From positions 1-52,432 of the IMG/VR virus record IMGVR_UViG_3300025096_003559: DNA of 52,432 nucleotides. One strand, given 5' to 3'. The notes beneath the pieces are model-generated. The model did no database searches. It was not told where the DNA came from and saw only the letters and a program-made list of their open reading frames with translations. The stretch comes from a virus. Lineage: Duplodnaviria > Caudoviricetes. The translations under genes and the position numbers were made by a program. Of this stretch, positions 36,965-46,355 are shown one piece after another. Numbering within the stretch: position 1 is the first letter of the stretch; every line of letters begins with the position of its first letter.

Positions 36965-38431
36965 CTAAATACTCTTTTCATGTGTGTCTAAAGTTCTGTG
37001 TCCCAAATCTTGTTGGAGCAATTTGCCTGAGTAATATGTATCGAATACTCGACACACAATATTAGTGAACCGCCGACCAAATTCGCTTAAGTGAATGGCG
37101 TCATCTGTAAAGCTTATAATACCATCTTTGTCAAGCACTTTTAAATCGCTTAATTCATCATGAAAATATTGAGCAAAAGATATATCATGCTCCAATTCCA
37201 GTCTTTTAATGTCTACTTCAAAATAATTGCGTAATTTTTGAATAACGTCTTTACGAATAAGATCGTCATTAGTCAGAGCATGTCCGCGATAAACTGGGAA
37301 AATTCCCTTTTCGACAGCGCTCACGTAATCTTCCATATCATAATAATTTTGAAAATAATTATTGGATATTGTGCTCTCACTGCTTATACCAAAACCAATT
37401 ATATTGGTATATTCTCCTGGTGTGACGCCAAGTGAATTCCAGTGCATCTTTTGTTCTTTCATAGCTTCGACCACTTTATCGGTTGACTTGGCAAAATGAT
37501 CGTATCCAGTGCGAACATAGTTCCCTGTTTGTAATACCCCAAGTGCCTCTTCAAACAATATCTTTCTTTCAGAGAAGTCAGGCAGTCTATTGGGGCGAGA
37601 GTCCTTTCCATCCATCATGAGTTTCTGGTGGGGGGCAAACTGTGGCGAATAGTGTAAGAAGTTCAAACATATGCGATCTGGACCAAGCCTTAGACACTCT
37701 TCCGCAGTCCTGCGTATCGTATCAGGAGTCTGATGTGGTAAGCCACATATAATATCAAAATTAACACCGTTTGGAAACAAGTTTTTGATTTCTGGCGTGA
37801 GTAGGTTATCAATCAGTTCTGGGGGCTGTACTCTATTTATTGCTTTCTGAACCTTTAAATCAAAGTCTTGTATTCCTAAAGAGATTCTATTTATTCCCTT
37901 TTTGTGATAATATCTTAATCGTTCCCTTTTTACTCTGCGCGGATCTACCTCAATTGCGAATTCATCCAGATCGTGTAAATTAACGAATTTGCTCAACTTA
38001 TCGCATAAAATATCAAACTCAGGCTCCTCAATAAAGGTAGGCGAGCCTCCTCCAAGATGCACTTCCTTAATAAACAAGGCTATATTATTATCATTTATAA
38101 ATTGTGCAAACAAATCAATCTCTTTATACAAAATATTTAAATAATCTTTTACCTTATTATAGCTCTTTGTAATCGACATGTGACAAGTACAAAAGTAGCA
38201 AAGTTGTTGGCAATATGGAATATGTATATACAATAGGGCACGCTGTGCATTTGACTCTTTAGCAAGTGATTTTAGCACATCTCTAGGCTCTTTGTCTTGA
38301 TGTGTAAGTGACCAAAATCTCTTATGAGGGTACTGAGTGTACATAAATGCAGAAGTGCCATATTGTTTTACCAAATCGTCCATCCGAATCTGCTCTTTAA
38401 TTTTCTGGCTTTTGTTTTTTTTAAAAATCAT
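36965..38431 (-). CDS. hemN: HemN-family radical SAM protein (coproporphyrinogen III oxidase-like, divergent)
   Basis: 488 aa; YTQYP, LYIHIPYCQQLCYFCTC, LGGGSPT, IEVDPR, NRISLGIQDF, GLPHQT, DHFA. The RNFQGY motif is replaced by WNSLGV, so the symbol denotes family only. Confidence 0.75.
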   Translation of the reverse strand: MIFKKNKSQKIKEQIRMDDLVKQYGTSAFMYTQYPHKRFWSLTHQDKEPRDVLKSLAKESNAQRALLYIHIPYCQQLCYFCTCHMSITKSYNKVKDYLNILYKEIDLFAQFINDNNIALFIKEVHLGGGSPTFIEEPEFDILCDKLSKFVNLHDLDEFAIEVDPRRVKRERLRYYHKKGINRISLGIQDFDLKVQKAINRVQPPELIDNLLTPEIKNLFPNGVNFDIICGLPHQTPDTIRRTAEECLRLGPDRICLNFLHYSPQFAPHQKLMMDGKDSRPNRLPDFSERKILFEEALGVLQTGNYVRTGYDHFAKSTDKVVEAMKEQKMHWNSLGVTPGEYTNIIGFGISSESTISNNYFQNYYDMEDYVSAVEKGIFPVYRGHALTNDDLIRKDVIQKLRNYFEVDIKRLELEHDISFAQYFHDELSDLKVLDKDGIISFTDDAIHLSEFGRRFTNIVCRVFDTYYSGKLLQQDLGHRTLDTHEKSI

Positions 38432-39243
38432 AACCGCTTATCCTTCTTTAAATGTATTTCTTTTCTTTTTGCATTTTTGCCTACAAGATAGTCCTCACCT
38501 TTGGTGATATAACAGCAAGAATACCATGGTCTAGATCTGTTGGAATTGTTTGGATAAGAGCCATGGATACAATGACCATGTAGAATCACAACAGAATTAC
38601 CCGGAATTATAACGTCTGTCTTTTTATCAAGATATTCTTCTGGAATCTCGCAGTCGCTTCCTGGGTTTGAGCCTGGATCTTCTCTAAAACTTTTTCGAGG
38701 AGATGCGTCCTGTAAGCCCACTTTATTGCTGCCAGGATATACGTATATCGTTCCATTTTCCACATCTGTATCTCTTAAAAACCAATTGATTGTAATATAT
38801 TCACCCTTTTTATCTCCTGGGTACCACCCGTCTTGATGGGGTAGCCATGCTTGGGAGGAATACGAAGAAAGGGCTTCCTTAAAAATAAATTGGCTACTTA
38901 GTCCTATAACTTCTTTTTCTTGTAAACGTTCTAATATTGCAACTATATCAGGGTGTTTCATAACATATTGTGAAAATTCAACAGTTTCTTGAATTTCTTC
39001 TATGGTTAGATCTGACTTAACTCTTTCATCTTGGGTGTGTAGATCTTCATATCGGTCTGGATTTATAATTGCCGCAAAATCTCTATTTGCATGTCTTCTT
39101 ATATATTGATTGTATGTGCGTGCTTCTTCGGCAGTGAATACATCGTTAACTATTAAATAACCATTTTCTCTATAAAATAAAATTTGTTCTTCTGTTAATG
39201 GAGAACGTTCTTTAGATGTTTTCTTTAGTGCATGTTGTGTCAT
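38428..39243 (-). CDS. PhyH-family Fe(II)/2-oxoglutarate dioxygenase
   Basis: 271 aa; LTEEQILFYRENGYL, HQD...IHGS facial triad, ENG...PGS, N.S..SR. Confidence 0.85.
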   Translation of the reverse strand: MTQHALKKTSKERSPLTEEQILFYRENGYLIVNDVFTAEEARTYNQYIRRHANRDFAAIINPDRYEDLHTQDERVKSDLTIEEIQETVEFSQYVMKHPDIVAILERLQEKEVIGLSSQFIFKEALSSYSSQAWLPHQDGWYPGDKKGEYITINWFLRDTDVENGTIYVYPGSNKVGLQDASPRKSFREDPGSNPGSDCEIPEEYLDKKTDVIIPGNSVVILHGHCIHGSYPNNSNRSRPWYSCCYITKGEDYLVGKNAKRKEIHLKKDKRL

Positions 39244-40190
39244 TTTATATTTTCCTTATACCACTGTAATGTGGCTTCAATTCCTTCTTCTAGTGTATAT
39301 AATGGTTGCCACCCTAATTTTTCTTTAGCGTAAGAGCAGTCTAAAAAAAGCGATGTTGGAATAGTTGGTTTAGATAAATCATGTACAACTTCTAATGTTT
39401 TATCTGAAAGTTCGACAATCTTGTGTACCAAGTCTTTTATCTTTACGCCTTGTCCGAGTCCTACATTAAATAGTTCAAAATTATTTTCTTGTTTTGCCAC
39501 TGTAGCATCGATAAAGTTTAACAGATCGGCAATATACAATAAGTCTCTTGCCTCTTCTCCAGAACCCCAGACTCTTACTGTACCGTCCTTGGAGGTCATG
39601 ACTTTGGTGATTGTCGCGCCAAAGACATGTGATTTTTCTAAATCATATTTATCGTGTGGACCGTAAATGTTTGAATGACGAATTGCAGTAAATTTTGTTT
39701 TACCTAGATTAGCATAAAATTTACACATATTTTCAAGATATACCTTCGTATGACCTGGACCATAGTAAAAAGGTAAAATCTCATCAGAGGGATTGAAGTC
39801 TGTTTCCTTAACAGCCGTTTCTGATTTTTGATACATGATGGTGCAACTAGGAAATATAAAATGCTCTACTTCCTGTTCAAACGCCTCTCTGAACAAAAGC
39901 GAGTTCATTACAGCATTATTGGTTACATGAATATATGGTTTTGATGTAATATCTTTTGCACCCGTGGTGGTTGCTGCGAATTGTAAAACTATATCCACAC
40001 CTCTCATGACTCTTTTTACATCGGCTTGCTCTCGTAAGTCCGCCCGTACCCACTCAACATTAAATTTATTATCTGGCTCTGATTTAAAGTGGGTGGCTCT
40101 TATTACATATTCTTTTTTGTTATAGAATCTCTCTAAAACATTCTTGCCAATAAATCCATTGGCTCCGCATATTAATATTTTCTTAGACAT
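39240..40190 (-). CDS. NAD-dependent epimerase/reductase (Fcl/ColC-like extended SDR)
   Basis: MSKKILICGANGFIG (start reassigned to the ATG at 40190), NIYGPHD, SHV, VWGSG...RD; YxxxK position reads PGHTK. Confidence 0.8.
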   Translation of the reverse strand: MSKKILICGANGFIGKNVLERFYNKKEYVIRATHFKSEPDNKFNVEWVRADLREQADVKRVMRGVDIVLQFAATTTGAKDITSKPYIHVTNNAVMNSLLFREAFEQEVEHFIFPSCTIMYQKSETAVKETDFNPSDEILPFYYGPGHTKVYLENMCKFYANLGKTKFTAIRHSNIYGPHDKYDLEKSHVFGATITKVMTSKDGTVRVWGSGEEARDLLYIADLLNFIDATVAKQENNFELFNVGLGQGVKIKDLVHKIVELSDKTLEVVHDLSKPTIPTSLFLDCSYAKEKLGWQPLYTLEEGIEATLQWYKENIK

Positions 40191-40884
40191 CACATGTCTC
40201 TTTTGGTTTAAATTCTTCTGGTCTTCCATCGATGACTAGCTCATAGTTATAAGAATTCGTTTCATATTCTTCATAAATTTTAGAGGCGACAAATGATGGC
40301 TCAAGTCCATATGTATATTCCGACACTGTTTTAATTCTAGTGGGATAAACATTAAACACCCGAATATTGTTCTCAGAAGCTTCTAATCTTAAACTTTGTG
40401 AGAATCCTCGTAAACCCCACTTAGTTGCAGAATGTATGCTTCGTAACATTTTAGGTTCTATTCCCACAATTGAATTGATATTAATAATTGCTCCAGGCGA
40501 ATTTCTAGATATTATCGGGTAAATTTTATTAGTTAAAATAATTGGAGAGATAAGGTTCACCGATAGGCTTAAATTAATCTGTTCTTCTGTCATTTCCTGA
40601 AGTGGTTGCCCATAACAGGGAATCGCAGCATTATTGACCAGAACACAAATATTGTGCAAATCTGAAGAACGTGTCAATTGCTCAATTGTATCCTGATCCC
40701 TGAGATCTCCTTTAATGGTACAAATGACATTATCAACTTTCCTTCTTGCAAGTTCAATTTTTTCTGTGTTCCTGCCGTGAATAATAACTCCATAGCCGTT
40801 TTCTGAAAATTTTTGTGCAATTGCTAATCCCAAGCCCTTGCTCGATGCAGTAACTAATATGTTTTTATTGATATCTTGCATCAT
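40183..40884 (-). CDS. Classical short-chain dehydrogenase/reductase
   Basis: 233 aa; LVTASSKGLG, LVNNAA, IININS; HSATK at the YxxxK position. Confidence 0.8.
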   Translation of the reverse strand: MMQDINKNILVTASSKGLGLAIAQKFSENGYGVIIHGRNTEKIELARRKVDNVICTIKGDLRDQDTIEQLTRSSDLHNICVLVNNAAIPCYGQPLQEMTEEQINLSLSVNLISPIILTNKIYPIISRNSPGAIININSIVGIEPKMLRSIHSATKWGLRGFSQSLRLEASENNIRVFNVYPTRIKTVSEYTYGLEPSFVASKIYEEYETNSYNYELVIDGRPEEFKPKETCDV

Positions 40885-42889
40885 TTCCGAAAGGATTTCT
40901 TTCGGACCCCTCTATATCAACTTTAATATTACTGTCACCAACCGTACACTCATATAGGTATGCACCCTTTTTATTACACCACCAGACAACCTTCTCACAC
41001 CATTCTTCCCAGGAATTCCATGTATCCACCGTTCGATCAATAAAATGAGTATAGTCTCCTTTCAACAAACGAGCTTTATTACCACTCATAATAGTATCAT
41101 ATATTTCTAAAATATTATAGTCCAATACGATTTCTAGCTTATCATTTTTATTTGGAAGTTTGATAAGAGACTTATTTAAGAGAACTGCCTGATCAATTAT
41201 TTCTTCGCTGTCTTCGACGCCGTTCTGTCTTAAAGCTTCGCACAAAATATTTTTAGCATCATTATAGAACTCTTCAATTTCTCCACCCGTTACCACTTCA
41301 ATAAAAGCTAACTCATCAGGGGGCCAATAAATATTAAGCCACTCTTTAGAAGGGCAAAATTCAGGACCGCCCAACTGCATGTCTTTTGCATGTTGATAAA
41401 ATCTTTTTTGTATCTTGCAAAGTGCAGAATCAGAATCAAAATCAAAGTTCATGAAGGCATCGAATATTACTCTGTAGTCAACATCAAAAACTGAATTTGC
41501 TATAGTGATAGGAATCTGGAATATTTTGTTAAAATACAAAAAACCGACTATTGAGGCAAAATAACGAGCCCTTACCCAATCCTCACCATTCATGGTTTTT
41601 GTTCCGACCACCATTTGTTGGGATTCAGAAACTTCTTCTGTCTCTAGAGTTCCATGGATATTTATGATGTCAGACTCAACAACTTGTATTTGATACTTTT
41701 CCATATACTCTGGGTTGGCCATTTCTGTATTAGGAAGTATTGATAGATTATTGAACTGAATCCTATTGTGCTGCCCTCTTTCAATCAAATTGACAGTTCC
41801 TTCTATAAAGCTTTCATATGTCTCTTTAGGCAGACCTAATATCAAATCGGAAAAAGTTTTGATACCGTCATGTGTAAATTTTCTTTGAAGTTCAAAAAAG
41901 TGATCTAGCTTTATGTTGTGTCGTTTAATGGCTTTTAGCGTAGGCTTGTGAACAGACTCAAACGCAATCAAAACACCCTTTGATAAGCCGGAAGTTGCTA
42001 AAAGTTTCTGCACTTCGTAAGAAGAGGCAGAGTTATTTTTTGTATTTTGCACAGATAGGGCATGTGGATATCCAAACTTCTTTTTGTTATCAGCAAATCT
42101 TTTGGTGATAGAGTAGTCGCGATCTTTATACATTCCAAAATTTGCATCACAACAGAATATAAATTCTATCTTATTTTTAGAAAACCAATCTGCTTCCAAA
42201 AATAAACGATCTTCTAAGCTGTATTTTTGAACCTTCTTTTTGAACCCTACACCCCAGTCACAATATGCACATGAAAAAGGACACCCTCGATTTGTCTCCC
42301 ATAAACCTATCCACTTTTCACTAGGATTATTTTTGATTAGATTGTCAAAATAACCTTCCAAGAAAGGCGAAGGAATTTCATTCATATCCTTAATTCTCTC
42401 ACACTGAGGGTTTGTTATGAAGTTACCCTTTTCATTTCTATAGGTTATCGATGGAACATTGCTCCATTCCTTGTTATGAAAATTATTTAAGAGATCAGCA
42501 AAAACCCTTTCGCCTTCTCCAATTGCAGCAATGTCGATAAAATCATATTTTTGAAGATATTTGTCTGTCTCGTTATCTGGAGCGTGACACCCCCCAAAAA
42601 CAATTAAGCAATTAGGATTCACGACTTTAAGTTGCTTGGCAATTGCTAAAGATAAATTGTGATTCCACACATATGTGCTAAAAGCGGCGATGTCGGCGTC
42701 TTTAAGATGCTCAACGGCATCTCGAACTTTGGTGCGCTTATAAATCGGATCTAAAAATTCAAATTTGTCAAATCCAGAAACGTGAACAGAGGCATAAGAA
42801 TATAAAAATCCCAAAGAGAGGGGCAAATAATTTTGACCAGAAAAACTATTGTTAATCTGTATCATGCCGACTTTAATATTAGTTGCCAA
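40865..42889 (-). CDS. B12-binding radical SAM protein
   Basis: 674 aa; TTG start with AAGGAG SD; YLPLSLG, FSTYVWN, GEGE, ETNRGCPFSCAYCDWG, DANFG, LILGLPKET. Confidence 0.87.
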   Translation of the reverse strand: MATNIKVGMIQINNSFSGQNYLPLSLGFLYSYASVHVSGFDKFEFLDPIYKRTKVRDAVEHLKDADIAAFSTYVWNHNLSLAIAKQLKVVNPNCLIVFGGCHAPDNETDKYLQKYDFIDIAAIGEGERVFADLLNNFHNKEWSNVPSITYRNEKGNFITNPQCERIKDMNEIPSPFLEGYFDNLIKNNPSEKWIGLWETNRGCPFSCAYCDWGVGFKKKVQKYSLEDRLFLEADWFSKNKIEFIFCCDANFGMYKDRDYSITKRFADNKKKFGYPHALSVQNTKNNSASSYEVQKLLATSGLSKGVLIAFESVHKPTLKAIKRHNIKLDHFFELQRKFTHDGIKTFSDLILGLPKETYESFIEGTVNLIERGQHNRIQFNNLSILPNTEMANPEYMEKYQIQVVESDIINIHGTLETEEVSESQQMVVGTKTMNGEDWVRARYFASIVGFLYFNKIFQIPITIANSVFDVDYRVIFDAFMNFDFDSDSALCKIQKRFYQHAKDMQLGGPEFCPSKEWLNIYWPPDELAFIEVVTGGEIEEFYNDAKNILCEALRQNGVEDSEEIIDQAVLLNKSLIKLPNKNDKLEIVLDYNILEIYDTIMSGNKARLLKGDYTHFIDRTVDTWNSWEEWCEKVVWWCNKKGAYLYECTVGDSNIKVDIEGSERNPFGNDARYQ

Positions 42890-43823
42890 GCCTATTCTCC
42901 TTATACCATTCTATTACTTCTTTTATTCCATCTTCTATAGAAATAGTTGGAGCGAATCCCATGTCCTTTGCCCTTTCTATATTAAGTATTCTCATCTTAT
43001 CGCCAGTTATTTTATCTTTATCCCAGAAAACATCGGGCGGATTATCAATATTGCTTAAAATTATTTCCACAAGCTGCTTTATTGAGTGTCCAGTACCACT
43101 ACCAAGATTTATAGGTCGAAGCGGTCCTGGTGAATTTTCCATAGCAATGATCATCCCCCTTGCAATATCGCTACTATGTATGAAATCTCTAATATTAGAA
43201 CCGTCACCCCATACAACTAAGGGGTTAATTCCACTTAAAGCCTTTTTTATAAGAGATGGCACAACCATGGCTTCATCAGAATCAAAATCATCATAAGGAC
43301 CATATGTATTTGCCGGTCTTACAATAGTGATGTCATCCCAGCCATACTCTATCTGATACGCTTCGGCTTGCAACTCACCCATTCGTTTTGCCCAGCCTGC
43401 GAATTTATCATTTTTAGATGGATAAGTTTGCCATACGTCGTCTTCGTGAGAAATTTCCGAAGGTGCGTAGACACCGAGAGTGCTTGTATAGAGATATTTT
43501 TTGACGCCGCGCTCCTTAGCTGCTCGCATTAAGTTTGTATTAAAAAGCAGCATTGGGACAAAACAACTTGCTGGGCGCTCTTTCATTGTTTTGGGAGAGC
43601 CCTTGGAACATAATAAGTTAAAAACATAGTCCATTCCATCACAAGATGCTAAACAGTTCTCATAGTTTGTAAGGTCAAGCTGTAGATTGCGAATCTGTGG
43701 GTTGTCAGAATCTTTTAAATCTGCCACTGTAACTATAGAGCCCTTTTCTAAGAGAAGATCCACCAACTGTTTACCTATAAGACCGTTGCCGCCCGCAATC
43801 AATATCTGCTTGCCCTTAAACAT
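42879..43823 (-). CDS. NAD-dependent epimerase/reductase (Fcl/ColC-like extended SDR)
   Basis: 314 aa; GGNGLIG, RPANTYGPYDDF, VWGDGSNIRDFIH, INLGSG; YxxxK position reads AGWAK. Confidence 0.82.
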   Translation of the reverse strand: MFKGKQILIAGGNGLIGKQLVDLLLEKGSIVTVADLKDSDNPQIRNLQLDLTNYENCLASCDGMDYVFNLLCSKGSPKTMKERPASCFVPMLLFNTNLMRAAKERGVKKYLYTSTLGVYAPSEISHEDDVWQTYPSKNDKFAGWAKRMGELQAEAYQIEYGWDDITIVRPANTYGPYDDFDSDEAMVVPSLIKKALSGINPLVVWGDGSNIRDFIHSSDIARGMIIAMENSPGPLRPINLGSGTGHSIKQLVEIILSNIDNPPDVFWDKDKITGDKMRILNIERAKDMGFAPTISIEDGIKEVIEWYKENRLGN

Positions 43824-45009
43824 AATTTAATTTCTCACATAGGCTTGTAATTTGTTGCTCTGTAAGGTCGGGATGGTTTCCAACATATAGTCCATTATCA
43901 TGAATATGGTTTGCAACATCAAGATTACCTATAGTTTTAAAATTATATTTTTTAAGATAGGGCTGTCTTGTCTGATTGCCGCCACCGGCTGTGCCGATTC
44001 TATGTTCAACCCCCTCTTGTTCCAAAACATCGCACACTCTTTCAATCGTAACTTGTGTAAATTTTTCAGTCGGTAAACTACCTCCTAAAGTATCAGGATT
44101 GATAATCAATGGAAGGGCAAAATTGCTGTTTCCTTCAGCCAGATAATTAGTAAAGTATTTGTCACTATTGAGGTTATCCAGCCATATTTGTAGATTTTTC
44201 TTTCTTATTTGAATATTTAAATCTAATCTTTTGATTTGTTTAAGTCCCAAAACAGCATTTAATTCTGCACTTCTCATATTATATCCTGGAACTGCAAACG
44301 TAAACAAAGGATTTAAGTCAGAAGAATAGTATTTTTGTTGTATCTTTTTCGACGCCTCTCTAGTCATGCCATGCGATCTAAACATCCTTGCCAATTGATA
44401 GATTTCTTCATTATTTGTACAAATCATACCTCCTTCAATAGTGGTCATATGATGCCCAAAATAAAAGGAAAAACATGACATGTCACCTATAGAACCAACT
44501 TTTTTTCCTTTGTATTTGGCACCATGCGCTTCACAGCAATCCTCGATTAATAATAATCCATTGTCTTTTGCTATTTTAATAATGCGTTCATTGATCCCAT
44601 TAAATCCCAAAGCATGAACCAAAACTATTGCTTTTGTATTTTCGTTAATTGCGGATTTAATATTTTCGTATGTAGCCGTCATCGTTTCCAATGCCACATC
44701 AACAAATACCGGCACAAATCCAGTATTTATTATCGAGGAAACATCTGATATCCACCCTATAGCGGGCACAATTACCTCACCGCTGGCTCCCTTTAATTCC
44801 CTGACTATGGCAGTCGTGATATAATTGGCGGACGCCCCAGAGCCAACCATAACACTATATTTGGTGCCAAGCCACTTAGACCAAACTTCTTCAAATTCGG
44901 CAACCTTTGGTCCGTTAGTAAATCGATTACTGTTTAAAATAAATTCTGCTAAGTGTTCTTTATCTTCTCGCGAGATGTTATCATTAATCAGCGGCCATTT
45001 AAAATTCAT
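43816..45009 (-). CDS. DegT/DnrJ-fold PLP enzyme, ColD/DdhC-type NDP-4-keto-6-deoxyhexose 3-dehydratase
   Basis: 397 aa; SGASAN, EDCCEAHGA, SFYFGHHMTTIEGG with His at the Schiff-base Lys position, RSHG, GYN.R. Confidence 0.8.
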   Translation of the reverse strand: MNFKWPLINDNISREDKEHLAEFILNSNRFTNGPKVAEFEEVWSKWLGTKYSVMVGSGASANYITTAIVRELKGASGEVIVPAIGWISDVSSIINTGFVPVFVDVALETMTATYENIKSAINENTKAIVLVHALGFNGINERIIKIAKDNGLLLIEDCCEAHGAKYKGKKVGSIGDMSCFSFYFGHHMTTIEGGMICTNNEEIYQLARMFRSHGMTREASKKIQQKYYSSDLNPLFTFAVPGYNMRSAELNAVLGLKQIKRLDLNIQIRKKNLQIWLDNLNSDKYFTNYLAEGNSNFALPLIINPDTLGGSLPTEKFTQVTIERVCDVLEQEGVEHRIGTAGGGNQTRQPYLKKYNFKTIGNLDVANHIHDNGLYVGNHPDLTEQQITSLCEKLNYV

Positions 45010-46352
45010 TATTTGTTCTCCTTATCGGTGTAACCAACGGGTCCATATCCATGCGCCTTAACAAGATCTTGAAGTTTTAAATAATTGTTGACAATTATTT
45101 CACTTTTCTCTCCTTCGCCCCATGGCGTATTTTCATCGTACTCAAAGGTCAAAGTTGGAATCTCTTTTTCGTACCTGCTGTGCATATGCATAGTATTATC
45201 CCATGATGTTTTAATCTCTTTAATTCCAAACTTTTTTGGATTGTTATAAACTGCGGTTCCCGGTCTAACTGTAAAAAGCGACAAATATACAGCATCTGGA
45301 TTTGTCTCTTGTATAAACGACCAAGTTTGTTCTACAATGTTCGGTGGCTCTCCAGGTAGACCAATAATCATATAGATGCGAGTTTCAATTCCTGCCTTCT
45401 TAAGAAGCTTTATACTTTCTCTTGCTCTCTCAATTTTAATTCTTTTATTAATTATGTCTAATGACTTCTGAGAAACACTTTCAACTCCCATACACATTGT
45501 AATACATCCGGCGGCTTTAGATAATCGCGCAGTTTCTGGTGTAATTCCATCAACGCGACACTGTCCTTTCCACACTACTCCTGTGCTACCAATTGCCTCT
45601 AAATAAGCAGTAGCTTTTCTTAATGTGAGAGGCATACAAATTTCATCCAATAAACTGATTCCTCTCACACCATATTCACGCTTAAGATACTCAATCTCAT
45701 CTATAATAAGGGCTGGATCTCTAAATCTTATACCAGGACTATATTGTTTTGATGAGGATAATACACAAAACGAACAACTATATGGACACCCTCGACTAAA
45801 CATCGTAGTTGTACCAATAATCTTATCATATCCTGGTGTATTTTTTAGTGTTAATAAACCTGGCCTAGCTATTGCTGATTTTGGTAAATATTTTCGAAGA
45901 GGGTATGGATAATCATTAACATCCACACTTTTAGAGGCATACTTTTGTTTTAATTTTAAATCACGAATATCATTGATCGCTTGAATAATTGATTGTTCGC
46001 CGTCGCCAAGAATAATTGAATCAAAAATCTCTAAAGATTCATCTTGAAAAGTTGTTACGTGAGGACCTCCCGCAATATGAAGTGCTTTGGGGTATTTCTG
46101 TTTCAATTGATTAACAATTGATACCTGCTCATGATAATCTAATGTATAGACAGAGTGTAAATAAACATCACACTCTGGAATATGATAAAGGGCAAAATTC
46201 TTTTTAATACCTCTTAAATCTATCAACGAGACATCAACTTCAGAACCAAAATGTTCTTCAAGAACCGTAAGAATCTGAAAATGTGTGTGAGGATCTCCTC
46301 GGAAGGGATCATGTAGGTATTCACTACTTGGAAAAATAAATCCAATCTTCAT
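45009..46352 (-). CDS. B12-binding radical SAM protein
   Basis: 447 aa; AGGPHVT, GDGE, SRGCPYSCSFC, MGVES, MIIGLPGE, PGT. Confidence 0.85.
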   Translation of the reverse strand: MKIGFIFPSSEYLHDPFRGDPHTHFQILTVLEEHFGSEVDVSLIDLRGIKKNFALYHIPECDVYLHSVYTLDYHEQVSIVNQLKQKYPKALHIAGGPHVTTFQDESLEIFDSIILGDGEQSIIQAINDIRDLKLKQKYASKSVDVNDYPYPLRKYLPKSAIARPGLLTLKNTPGYDKIIGTTTMFSRGCPYSCSFCVLSSSKQYSPGIRFRDPALIIDEIEYLKREYGVRGISLLDEICMPLTLRKATAYLEAIGSTGVVWKGQCRVDGITPETARLSKAAGCITMCMGVESVSQKSLDIINKRIKIERARESIKLLKKAGIETRIYMIIGLPGEPPNIVEQTWSFIQETNPDAVYLSLFTVRPGTAVYNNPKKFGIKEIKTSWDNTMHMHSRYEKEIPTLTFEYDENTPWGEGEKSEIIVNNYLKLQDLVKAHGYGPVGYTDKENK

Positions 46353-46355
46353 TTT

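Noticed and set aside
40191-40229. Extended N-terminus (MEDQKN...) of the 329-aa epimerase
   Set aside because: It overlaps the upstream SDR; the ATG at 40190 directly precedes the Rossmann motif.
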